DNA of 64,000 nt from Candidatus Hydrogenedentota bacterium (GTDB lineage: Bacteria > Hydrogenedentota > Hydrogenedentia > Hydrogenedentales > SLHB01). The stretch spans positions 1 through 64,000 of the forward strand of contig BTWA01000012.1 in the NCBI GenBank assembly GCA_045863295.1, in the 5' to 3' direction. The translations under genes and the position numbers were made by a program. Position 1 is the stretch's first letter. Each line of letters opens with the position of its first letter. The notes below the pieces were generated by a model, which made no database searches, was not told where the DNA came from, and was given only the letters and a program-made list of their open reading frames with translations. This document shows, piece after piece, positions 28,091 to 37,535 of the stretch.

Positions 28091-28245
28091 AAGTTGTCTC
28101 CGGCGTCAATTTGTACCATACATATTGTACCCGTTTCTGCCCTTCGAGGTCCACCTCGTCGTAGGGTGTGTACCATATAAGATATGGGAGAAGTTATCAG
28201 TAACACAATATGAAATCGACAAGAGGCAGGGATTGGGAGTAGCTG

Positions 28246-28962
28246 CTACATCATCCGGGCAACACATTGGGCAACGAAACCAGCAAGTAGCCAGTCTGGC
28301 TGATCCGGGTTGCGCTCGGGATGCCATTGCACGCCGATCACGAATCCTCTTGTTGGATCTTCCATTGCTTCCAAAATACCGTCCTCCGTATACCCCGAAG
28401 GAATAAATGGATTAACCGGATCTGGAATGGCTTGATGGTGCGCTGAGTAGACAGTAACTACTGAATCTGGCGCAAGCGCCGCCAACTGTGTTCCGGGCAC
28501 TATCCGTACGGCATGGGGTTGTCGTCGGCTTGCGGCGGTATGCAGCAAGGAACCAGGGCGTTCCGATGGGATATCCTGTATAAGTATACCACCTGCAATG
28601 ACTTGCATCATCTGCATTCCGAGGCATATACCAAGAGTGGGCAGGTTGAGCTGCAGTGCGGCCTTGAGCCAAAGTGCCTCGCTTTCAAAGCGGATTGTAG
28701 TCATGGGTATGGTCATTGGATGTCGCTCGCATCCGTAGGTTTCGGGCGGAATATCGGCTACTCCACCCGACAGTATAATCCCGTCGAGTCGCCGGGCTGT
28801 TTCCTCAGCGAGCCCCGGTTGCGCTAGCGGAAGGATAACTGGCAACCCACCCGCAATGATTATGCCGGAAGTATACTGAGCCAAGAGATTTTGGCTGTTC
28901 CACGCCCTGCCTTCGAGGGTTGCCTCAACTGTATCAGAGGTTATGCCTATTAGTGGTCTCAT
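28246..28962 (-). CDS. Peptidase C26 / gamma-glutamyl-GABA hydrolase (PuuD-like)
   Basis: RPLIGIT, DGIILSGG, LGICLGMQ, GVQWHPE. Confidence 0.92.
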   Translation of the reverse strand: MRPLIGITSDTVEATLEGRAWNSQNLLAQYTSGIIIAGGLPVILPLAQPGLAEETARRLDGIILSGGVADIPPETYGCERHPMTIPMTTIRFESEALWLKAALQLNLPTLGICLGMQMMQVIAGGILIQDIPSERPGSLLHTAASRRQPHAVRIVPGTQLAALAPDSVVTVYSAHHQAIPDPVNPFIPSGYTEDGILEAMEDPTRGFVIGVQWHPERNPDQPDWLLAGFVAQCVARMM

Positions 28963-29308
28963 TCATCGTTCCCGCCTGCTCTATTGTGCCGTGCGCAGAC
29001 CGAGAGAGTACACGCCTGATAGACAACTTGCCAAATGGGACCCAGTAGAGCGGAATGCGTTGATTCCGCTTTTGGCGCGTCAACAGAAAAAGATTACACA
29101 GTAATTTTGACGCACCGCCGCTTTCCCCAACAGGCAAAATGCAATTTTGTTGAAACCGTTGCAGCTGTTCATAAGTCTAACCCAATGGATTACTGTAATC
29201 GCTGGAAGGCGAAAGTCTGTAACTAGCGGAACCATAAAGAGATAAGTGGAGAATAGGTGTCAGTCGTCCGGTGTGGCGGCAGGGACATTTCGAACGCGGG
29301 AATTTTGT

Positions 29309-30535
29309 ATGCGCAATGTAAATTTCGGTGTTTGTCTAGTTGTGGGTTTGACATTTATGTCAAGTTGTTCGCCCGGCACAAGTGGTGGTACTGCCATTGC
29401 CGCCACGCCCGCGATACCGCCTGCGTCAAATCAACCCGTAATTCCCATAGAAGCCAAGTATCCTGAGCGGGGAGACATCTCTGAGTATTTCAAGACTACA
29501 TCGCGAATCGCCGCTGATAAACGTGTAGATGTGACCGCGCAAGGGATGGGCAAGTGCTTGAGCGCGCACGTGGACGTTGGGGACCGGGTGGAAAAAGGTC
29601 AGGTCGTTGCCGAACTGGACAAAGAGGAAGTGCAGACCCAGTTGGCCCAGGCGCGAATCCAACTGAGCCGCATCAAGAACGACATGGACCGTTCGAAAAT
29701 GCTGTTTGAAGAGGGTTTGGGGCCGCGCAGCCAATATGAAAACGACATGTACGCGTATAAGCAGCAACAGGCGACGGTTGCCCAGCAGGAGATTCAACTC
29801 CGGAATATGACGGTCCGCGCGCCCATAAGCGGCATCATCATTTCGCGAAGTGTCCAGGTCGGCATGTACGTGTCGTCCGGATCGCCTTTGTACCAAATAA
29901 TCGATCCGTCGACCTTCGAACTCATGATCGATGTGCCGGAGCAAGAGTTGGCGCGCGTCGAAAAAGGGCAAGCCGCCGATGTATATGTGGACATACTCGG
30001 CGACGAATCGCTCGCATCCGAAGTATCGCGAATCAGTCCCAGTGTTCAGCAGGATGGTACGGTACAAGTGACCTTACGCTTCCCATCTGAAGTACGTAGC
30101 CGTCTGAAGGAATCTGCATTCGCACGCGTCAATCTGGTTCTCGATACTCACAAAGAGGCCATATTGATACCCAAAGATTCGGTCATCGATCAAAACGGCA
30201 ACAAATACGTGTTTATTGCGACAGCCAACGACCGAGAGGATGCATCGCCCATCGAGCTGGACAAGGTGAGCAAGGACACCACTTTTACCGCGAAGCGTGT
30301 GCAAGTGGAACTGGGTCTCGAAGACAGCAATGCCTACGAAATCGTGAACGGCGTTGCAGAAGGCGACTTGATTGTCACGCTTGGTCATCAGGCGTTGAAA
30401 GATGGCGCGCTGGTACGGCTCACAAATATAGAAGATGAGTTGATGTCGCGCATTGCCATGTCGCCGGATGAAGCGTTGACGAAAGCCGCCGAGGAACGCG
30501 CCAAGGGCGCAGTGAATCGCGAGCCCGGCACCTAA
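29309..30535 (+). CDS. RND membrane fusion protein (likely lipoprotein)
   Basis: Lipobox-like MSSC, VGDRVEKGQVVAELD, VRAPISGII, IPKDSV. Confidence 0.93.
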   Translation: MRNVNFGVCLVVGLTFMSSCSPGTSGGTAIAATPAIPPASNQPVIPIEAKYPERGDISEYFKTTSRIAADKRVDVTAQGMGKCLSAHVDVGDRVEKGQVVAELDKEEVQTQLAQARIQLSRIKNDMDRSKMLFEEGLGPRSQYENDMYAYKQQQATVAQQEIQLRNMTVRAPISGIIISRSVQVGMYVSSGSPLYQIIDPSTFELMIDVPEQELARVEKGQAADVYVDILGDESLASEVSRISPSVQQDGTVQVTLRFPSEVRSRLKESAFARVNLVLDTHKEAILIPKDSVIDQNGNKYVFIATANDREDASPIELDKVSKDTTFTAKRVQVELGLEDSNAYEIVNGVAEGDLIVTLGHQALKDGALVRLTNIEDELMSRIAMSPDEALTKAAEERAKGAVNREPGT

Positions 30536-30659
30536 CCAATTGACTCGCGCCATCGCTGCCGGATTCCGGGGGGTGGGCGACCCAAATGTTGTTGTGACCT
30601 ACTTCAACTGACTTCACCATACCTGAGCGCGTGTGGCGCCTTGCGAGTAACTACCCCGA

Positions 30660-33600
30660 ATGAGCGATCCGCAAAAGACCAGTAACTACCGGCTCCCAGT
30701 ACGCCGGCCTGTCACTACCGCAATGATTTTTCTGGCCATTGTCGTATTTGGGTGGCAGTCCTACTCCAAATTGCCGGTGAATCTCATGCCGGATTTATCC
30801 TATCCCAAGTTGACCGTGCGAACGGAATACGAGGGTGCGGCCCCGGGCGATGTGGAAAAGCTGGTTACCCGTCCGATTGAGGAGACGCTTAGCATTGTAG
30901 GGGGCCTTGTCGACATCTCAAGCGTGTCATCCGCGGGTAACTCGGAAGTAATTCTAGAGTTTTCCTGGGGTACGGATATGAATGTCGCTCAACAGGATGT
31001 GCGCGACCGTCTGGACTTGTTTGATCCGCCTGCGGAAGTCACCGAAAAGCCGGTGATTCTCCGATTCGATCCCACCCTTGATCCCGTATTGCGAGTGGCG
31101 TTGGTAGGGGATGATCACGCTGAAATCGCCGATCCTGACATACGGCATCAGCGAATGCGTGCGGAACTGACGGAGATTCGGGAAGCAGCGGAGAGACAAG
31201 TCAAAAGCGATCTGGAAGCGGATCCCGGTGTTGCCCAGGTTGTCGTCAAAGGCGGACGCGAAAAGGAAATCCAGATTCTTGTCGATACCAGCAAGTTGGC
31301 GAACCTGAGCCTCAGCGCGCAAACGGTAGCAACAGCACTTCGACAGCGCAACATCAACTTGTCGGGCGGACAGCTTCGAGACGGCAAGACTGAGTATCTT
31401 GTTCGCACAACGAATGAATTTCAGGAATTCAACGAGATTCCTTGGACGCTAATCTCCACCCCCTCCGGCGAAACCATCCGATTGATGGATGTCGCCGAAG
31501 TTCGAATGACCGAACGCGATCAAGAATCTATTGTACGGCTGAATGGCAGGGAGGCCGTTGAACTTGAAATCTATAAATGGGGTGACGCCAATACGGTCGA
31601 GGTTTGCAACAAGCTTAAGGATCTCTTCGGATTCCCCCGGGAGAAGACGTTTTCGGAGAAGGTCGGCGAATGGATGACGTCTGCCCAGGGGGCACCGCCG
31701 CCCAATGCACCGGACCAGATTGTAATGCAGCAAATGGCGCAACAATTGCGCACGGATCGCACACTTAAAGCGCGATTGCCCGAGTTTACGCATATGCACT
31801 TGAGCAGCGATCAGTCCCAGTTCATTATGAGTGCTATCGACGAAGTGAATTCGGCTGCCATCGATGGCAGTTTCTGGGCGCTCGCCATTATCTATTTCTT
31901 TCTTCGGGACATGCGTTCCACCATACTTATCGGTTTATCCATTCCCGTGTCGATCGTCGCAACATTTTCACCCATGTTTATGCAAGGTATTTCGATTAAC
32001 GTCATGTCGCTCGGCGGACTGGCCATGGGTGTTGGCATGCTCGTAGACAACTCAATCGTAGTTCTTGAAAGCGTCTTCCGGTGCCGTGACGAGGGCGATG
32101 ATACAACCGATGCGGCCAATCGAGGTACCAACGAGGTCGCGGGTGCCGTAACTGCGTCGACACTGACATCCATTGCCGTATTCGCGCCATTGACCTTTGT
32201 AGAGGGGGTGGGGGGGCAACTATTCAAAGACCATGCATGGGTTGTAACATACTCGTTACTTGCATCGTTGCTAGTGGCCCTATACCTGATTCCAATGATT
32301 GCATCTCGCAGACGCCTGACTCTTCAATCCGGAGAGGACGTTGTATGGGTGATTCAAGCCTACCGATTGGGCAGAAATAACGGCCAATCAGGGCGTCTTG
32401 GGGCACTGATGCTGGTGCCGCTTAACGCGATTGCACTGATTGGGGAGTGGTTTAACGATACTGCAGACGAAAAGTACGGCCACCTGTTTTCACGGGTTCG
32501 CAATTCCAAATTGCCTTATCCGTTGGCCCTGATGTTGTACGCAATTCCGTTTGCGGTCGCAACATTTCTCTTTGGGGTGGAGACTTTTATCAAGTCGGTT
32601 CTTCAAGTTCTTGTTACGATCTTCTTCGTGCTTACTCTGATTCTGGGGTCTATTTTCTGGATTTTGGCCAAGGCGATACGAATCGCACTCTGGATTCCAT
32701 TGCGGATTTTTGACGTAACCTACGGCGCGCTTACCAACTTTTACGAATCCAGCCTACGGTTTTTGATGCACTTCAGTCCTGCCGTTCTATTCATCATGAT
32801 AGCGTTGAGCGTGCATGCAGGATATATGGCAAAGGATCTTGGCACCGAATTGATCCCGTCATTTCGCCAAGGGGAGTTCACCATCCGTATGGAAGCACCT
32901 CCCGGAACGCGCCTGGAGGAGACCGCCGATCAAGCGTCAGTTATTGAACGCGAGGCTCTAGGCATGGAAGAAGTTGAGAATGTCACCGTGCAAATCGGTC
33001 AGGATAAGACTCAAGGCGACGATTCTCGTGGTGAAAATATTGCGGAGTTTACGATCCGGCTGAGGGATCCGGAGGTAAATGTGCCACGACAGGACGAGAT
33101 CGTCGAGAGATTGCGTGCGAGCATACTGAATATCACTTCAAACGAAGTTAATTTTTCCCTTCCCGCCCTACTCAGTTTCCGAAGCCCGGTCGAACTCCAG
33201 ATTCTGGGGCCAGACATTCTGGAGCTAAGACGCATTGGGGAAAAGGTAGTCGCGGCCATATCCGATGTTGAAGGGATTCGCGACCCCGATGTAAGCGTAA
33301 AAGAAGGGTATCCGGAGGTCATAATTAGCCTCGATCGGGAACTTCTCGCATCCAAAGGATTGACGCCGCAACAGATTGCAGAGCGATTGCGCGCCGAACT
33401 ATACGGTGACGTAGCCACCGATTTCGGGGCTGCGGGTCAAAAGATTGACATTCGCGTACTGGCAAGTCGCGCACAATTATCCAACTTGGAAGATCTCAAG
33501 AATCTGCCAGTCAAGGACGGTTACCCTCCAATCCCATTGGATGCTGTAGCGAGCATTCAAGTAGTTGAAGGACCAAGCGAGATTCGCAGAATCGATCAGC

Positions 33601-34250
33601 GGCAAGTTGCCTTGGTGACGGCGAATCTCGAAGGAAGGGATCTTGGCTCGGTGATGGAAGAAATCATGGAACGGGTCGCGAGCGAGGTGCCCGTGGTTGA
33701 GCCGTACCGGATTGTTCGATCGGGACAAGATCGTGAACTGGCAGAGTCCTACGAAAGTTTGATGTTGGCGCTCTTTCTAGCCGTGTTTCTAGTGTATGTG
33801 GTTATGGCAAGCCAGTTCGAGTCAATATTGCAGCCAGCCCTCATTATGTTCACCGTGCCGATGGCATTCATTGGCGTGATTTACGTCTTGGCCTGGCAGG
33901 AGATAAGCGTCAGTGTACTTGTCTGGATAGGTGGCATTGTGTTGGTTGGAATTGTTGTAAACAATGCCATTGTACTTGTCGACTACGCCAATCAATTGCG
34001 TGAACGAGGTTTGACCAAGCGCGAAGCCGCAATTCAGGCGGGGATGATACGACTGCGTCCTATCTTAATGACTGCGCTAACTACGATTCTGGGATTGCTT
34101 CCCATGGCCATCGAAGTTGGGCAAGGCGCAGAAATCCGCCAGCCTCTGGCGCTTACTATCATGACCGGTTTGACCTCTGCCACGTTTTTGACGCTCTATA
34201 TTATCCCCATGGTGTATGACCTGTTTTCGGTGAAGGATAAGAAGGCATGA
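30660..34250 (+). CDS. AcrB/AcrD/AcrF-family RND permease (with insertions)
   Basis: VRRPVT, GMLVDNSIVV, GIVVNNAIVLVD, RLRPILMT. Confidence 0.95.
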   Translation: MSDPQKTSNYRLPVRRPVTTAMIFLAIVVFGWQSYSKLPVNLMPDLSYPKLTVRTEYEGAAPGDVEKLVTRPIEETLSIVGGLVDISSVSSAGNSEVILEFSWGTDMNVAQQDVRDRLDLFDPPAEVTEKPVILRFDPTLDPVLRVALVGDDHAEIADPDIRHQRMRAELTEIREAAERQVKSDLEADPGVAQVVVKGGREKEIQILVDTSKLANLSLSAQTVATALRQRNINLSGGQLRDGKTEYLVRTTNEFQEFNEIPWTLISTPSGETIRLMDVAEVRMTERDQESIVRLNGREAVELEIYKWGDANTVEVCNKLKDLFGFPREKTFSEKVGEWMTSAQGAPPPNAPDQIVMQQMAQQLRTDRTLKARLPEFTHMHLSSDQSQFIMSAIDEVNSAAIDGSFWALAIIYFFLRDMRSTILIGLSIPVSIVATFSPMFMQGISINVMSLGGLAMGVGMLVDNSIVVLESVFRCRDEGDDTTDAANRGTNEVAGAVTASTLTSIAVFAPLTFVEGVGGQLFKDHAWVVTYSLLASLLVALYLIPMIASRRRLTLQSGEDVVWVIQAYRLGRNNGQSGRLGALMLVPLNAIALIGEWFNDTADEKYGHLFSRVRNSKLPYPLALMLYAIPFAVATFLFGVETFIKSVLQVLVTIFFVLTLILGSIFWILAKAIRIALWIPLRIFDVTYGALTNFYESSLRFLMHFSPAVLFIMIALSVHAGYMAKDLGTELIPSFRQGEFTIRMEAPPGTRLEETADQASVIEREALGMEEVENVTVQIGQDKTQGDDSRGENIAEFTIRLRDPEVNVPRQDEIVERLRASILNITSNEVNFSLPALLSFRSPVELQILGPDILELRRIGEKVVAAISDVEGIRDPDVSVKEGYPEVIISLDRELLASKGLTPQQIAERLRAELYGDVATDFGAAGQKIDIRVLASRAQLSNLEDLKNLPVKDGYPPIPLDAVASIQVVEGPSEIRRIDQRQVALVTANLEGRDLGSVMEEIMERVASEVPVVEPYRIVRSGQDRELAESYESLMLALFLAVFLVYVVMASQFESILQPALIMFTVPMAFIGVIYVLAWQEISVSVLVWIGGIVLVGIVVNNAIVLVDYANQLRERGLTKREAAIQAGMIRLRPILMTALTTILGLLPMAIEVGQGAEIRQPLALTIMTGLTSATFLTLYIIPMVYDLFSVKDKKA

Positions 34251-37200
34251 GAATGACGCTGCCATCCCTCGCGATACGGCGGCCCATTACCACGCTCATG
34301 GCCATATGCACGGTTCTCGGGTTGGGCATCATTTCACTTCAGCGAATTCCGTTGGAGTTTCTGCCGCCGTTGGAACTGCCACTTATCTTTGTCAGCATTC
34401 CCTATGTTGGGGCAACACCGGAGCAAGTCCAAAACGAAGTCGCCATACCCGCGGAAGGCGAGTTTCGCACCATTCCCAATTTACAGCGCATTTCAAGCAC
34501 CTCAGATCAGAATGGCTGCAATATTCAGCTTGAATTCAAGCTCGGCACCGATATGACCCAGTCCACTGCGGAAGTACGTGACAGAATTGAGCGGCTCAAA
34601 TTGGATCTGCCCGCTGAAATCGAGCGAATGCTCATACAGAAATTCAGCTCGGATACTCTACCCATCATGGTGTTTGGCCTTTACTGGGACGGCGATGAGG
34701 ATGAATTGGCCTATTTGTGCCGGACTGTAATACAGCCGCGTCTGATGCGGCTCGAAGGCGTGGCAGATTGCCAGATCTTGGGAAGGCCAGAGCGCGAAAT
34801 CTTGATCGAGTTCGATCAAGAGGCCCTTAGAAACAGGCATTTGGACTTGTATCAGGTTGTCAATTCGCTGCAGGCTGCGAATCTCAACGTATCCGTGGGC
34901 CAAATGACCGAGGGGGATAAGCGATATTTCGTCCGTGCACTGGATGAGATTCGAACACCGGAAGCCTTGGGAGAACTCATTGTAGGCCAAGGCAATACCC
35001 GTTTGAATGAAGTAGCCGATGTGGGATTCCGAACCAGGGAAGTCTCTCAAGAGTTTGGCATAGACGGCCGCTCCGGAACGTTCATTTTTATCCGTAAAGA
35101 AGCCATGGCAAATGCCGTTGCCACGTGTCAGGTCGTTGAAGAAGAACTAAAGCTCATTGCCGTGGATCCAATGTTTGACGGCCTGAAGCAATTTATGATC
35201 TTCAACCAATCTGACTCCATACTCTCCGCATTGGATGGGCTTATTGATTCGGGGCGATATGGAGCGGTGCTGGCCGTTGCAGTCCTTTTCCTGTTTCTCG
35301 CCCGGACTCGGCCAACCATTATTGTAGGTTTGGCCATCCCTCTTTCGGTGCTTATTTCTTTCGTCTTCATGTACTTCACGGGTATGTCTCTAAATCTGAT
35401 CACCATGATTTCCCTGATAATTGCTCTGGGAATGCTGGTGGACAACTCCATCGTTGTCATAGAGAATATTTTCCGGTACGTCGAATTGGGGCACAGTTAC
35501 CGCGAAAGCGCGGAGCGCGGTGCAAACGAAGTCGCGATGGCCATTACGGCTTCAACCTTGACCAGTGTTGTAGTCGCTATTCCTGTAATATTCTTGGAAA
35601 GTGGTCCGTTCGCCATCTACATGCGGCAGTTTTTCGGGCCGATTATTGTCTCCACCATGGCTAGCCTTTTGGTGGCACTCACCCTCATTCCCTTGGCCGC
35701 CTGCCACATGAAACCCAAATCCGATACGTGGTTGTTTCGAATTGTTGTGTCTCGTATGCGTCGGGTGCGGTCCGTCGAGAATGAGAGACCCAATATTCTC
35801 GCCCGGTTACAGAAACGCGCGTTGCGGTTGATTATGACTAGTTATGTCAGTGCGCTTGGTTCCATTTCACGAAATCGCCTTGCTTCGTTGCTGGTGCTCG
35901 GAGTAGTACTGCTGACTACTATATTCCCCATGCTCAATCTCAAACGGCAGCGTATGCCGGCAGTCGATGTTCGTCGCGTTGACATAAACGTTCGGCTGGA
36001 CCAAGGCGTGGATATGCCGCGTGCACACGATATTTTTGACACTATTGTAAAAGTAATTGATATTCAGCGCGACGAACTGGCAATCAAAAACATATTCGTC
36101 AATTACAACATGACCGGTGGCGATGTTAACATTTACCTGCATGATGTGGATGAAATGCCGGGCGGAGGGGAACCTCCCTTTTCTACCGAGCAAGTGATGG
36201 ACATTTTGTGGCAGCGTTTGTCTGGCAAGGTCCCTGGTGGCGAACTACGCTTCAATATCGCGGACGCAGGTGAACAGACGTCGCGAGCGATAACGCTCCA
36301 ACTCCGGGGCGACGACGCGGTTCAACTCGATATTTACGCCACCGAACTTGGCAAACGTTTGGCTGCCCTGCGCGACGTAAGTGACGTAAATACGGATACA
36401 ATCCGGGAGAACCAGGAAGTACGGCTGATTATCAACGATACGATGGCGAGCCAGTTTCGAGTAAGTCCCTTGTCCATCGCACAAACCGTCGATTTTGCCT
36501 TGCGGGGCATTCGCCTGCAAAACATGAAGTACGGGAATAGGGAAGTGCCGGTATGGGCCCAATTCGCAGAGGAAGACCGCAAGTCCAGATCCAATTTGGA
36601 AAACATCGACATCGGCACGGGGACAGGCCAATTGGTATCCTTGAGCCAGTTGGTTGAGTTTCGTAAAGCACAGAGTCCCAGAGCTATACAGCGCGTTAAT
36701 GGTAAGAATGTCAAGACGGTCAGTGCCAAATACACGGGCGATGATTTGGCGGGTCTTGTCCGGGATATTCAGGCAATCCGTAATAGTTTTGCATTAGCCC
36801 AAGGATATACTATTGAATTCGGCTCCGAGTTAATGGAACTGGATACGAATATGTCCGACTTCTTTCTGATGCTTCTGCTGGCAATCGTGCTGATATACGC
36901 GGTGATGGGCGCCTCCTTTGAGTCCTATTTGTTGCCTTTGTCCATCTTGATGACTGTGTGGATGGCTGGCATCGGTGTGATTTGGTCACTCTACTTGAGC
37001 GGAACACCTGTGGATGCGATATCGTTCATCGGCATGATACTGCTCGCCGGTGTTATTGTGAACAATGGGATCGTTATTATCGATCATATCAACCAATTGC
37101 GACTTTCCGGTGTGGAAAGGTACGAAGCTATCCTGCAGGCCGGAAGAGATCGATTCAGGCCTGTTATGATGACTGCGCTTACGACGATTCTTGGGTGTGT

Positions 37201-37396
37201 ACCACTTGCGATTGGGGGCACTTTTGGAGGGCAAGTCTCATTTACAAGCCTGGGAATTGCCCTAATCGGAGGGCTCTCCGCGGGCACCGCGCTGACCCTC
37301 TTGGTGGTGCCGTTGTTCTATTCGATATTTGACGATGGCCGAATATGGTTTTCCAGGTATTTCGCCAATGTTACATCGCTATTCAGAGCGGCCTAG
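34247..37396 (+). CDS. Second AcrB-family RND permease
   Basis: IRRPIT, GMLVDNSIVV, GVIVNNGIVIID, RFRPVMMT; ATGA overlap. Confidence 0.95.
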   Translation: MRMTLPSLAIRRPITTLMAICTVLGLGIISLQRIPLEFLPPLELPLIFVSIPYVGATPEQVQNEVAIPAEGEFRTIPNLQRISSTSDQNGCNIQLEFKLGTDMTQSTAEVRDRIERLKLDLPAEIERMLIQKFSSDTLPIMVFGLYWDGDEDELAYLCRTVIQPRLMRLEGVADCQILGRPEREILIEFDQEALRNRHLDLYQVVNSLQAANLNVSVGQMTEGDKRYFVRALDEIRTPEALGELIVGQGNTRLNEVADVGFRTREVSQEFGIDGRSGTFIFIRKEAMANAVATCQVVEEELKLIAVDPMFDGLKQFMIFNQSDSILSALDGLIDSGRYGAVLAVAVLFLFLARTRPTIIVGLAIPLSVLISFVFMYFTGMSLNLITMISLIIALGMLVDNSIVVIENIFRYVELGHSYRESAERGANEVAMAITASTLTSVVVAIPVIFLESGPFAIYMRQFFGPIIVSTMASLLVALTLIPLAACHMKPKSDTWLFRIVVSRMRRVRSVENERPNILARLQKRALRLIMTSYVSALGSISRNRLASLLVLGVVLLTTIFPMLNLKRQRMPAVDVRRVDINVRLDQGVDMPRAHDIFDTIVKVIDIQRDELAIKNIFVNYNMTGGDVNIYLHDVDEMPGGGEPPFSTEQVMDILWQRLSGKVPGGELRFNIADAGEQTSRAITLQLRGDDAVQLDIYATELGKRLAALRDVSDVNTDTIRENQEVRLIINDTMASQFRVSPLSIAQTVDFALRGIRLQNMKYGNREVPVWAQFAEEDRKSRSNLENIDIGTGTGQLVSLSQLVEFRKAQSPRAIQRVNGKNVKTVSAKYTGDDLAGLVRDIQAIRNSFALAQGYTIEFGSELMELDTNMSDFFLMLLLAIVLIYAVMGASFESYLLPLSILMTVWMAGIGVIWSLYLSGTPVDAISFIGMILLAGVIVNNGIVIIDHINQLRLSGVERYEAILQAGRDRFRPVMMTALTTILGCVPLAIGGTFGGQVSFTSLGIALIGGLSAGTALTLLVVPLFYSIFDDGRIWFSRYFANVTSLFRAA

Positions 37397-37535
37397 TGGT
37401 AGAAAGGCGTCAAGCAAGGAGTCTCTTTGAGGCTTTAGACTTTCCCAGACCCATTGATTCGAAAAGAGGTAAATTGGTATTCTATTGACACAAAAAGTGT
37501 GGTGTGTGTGATTCGGATTGTCCCCAGAGGTCTCC

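Noticed and set aside
30541..30650. Possible structured RNA in the MFP-RND gap (ACTCGC/GCGAGT, GCCAT/GTGGC)
   Set aside because: Short interrupted stems in GC-rich DNA, compatible with chance; no known motif.
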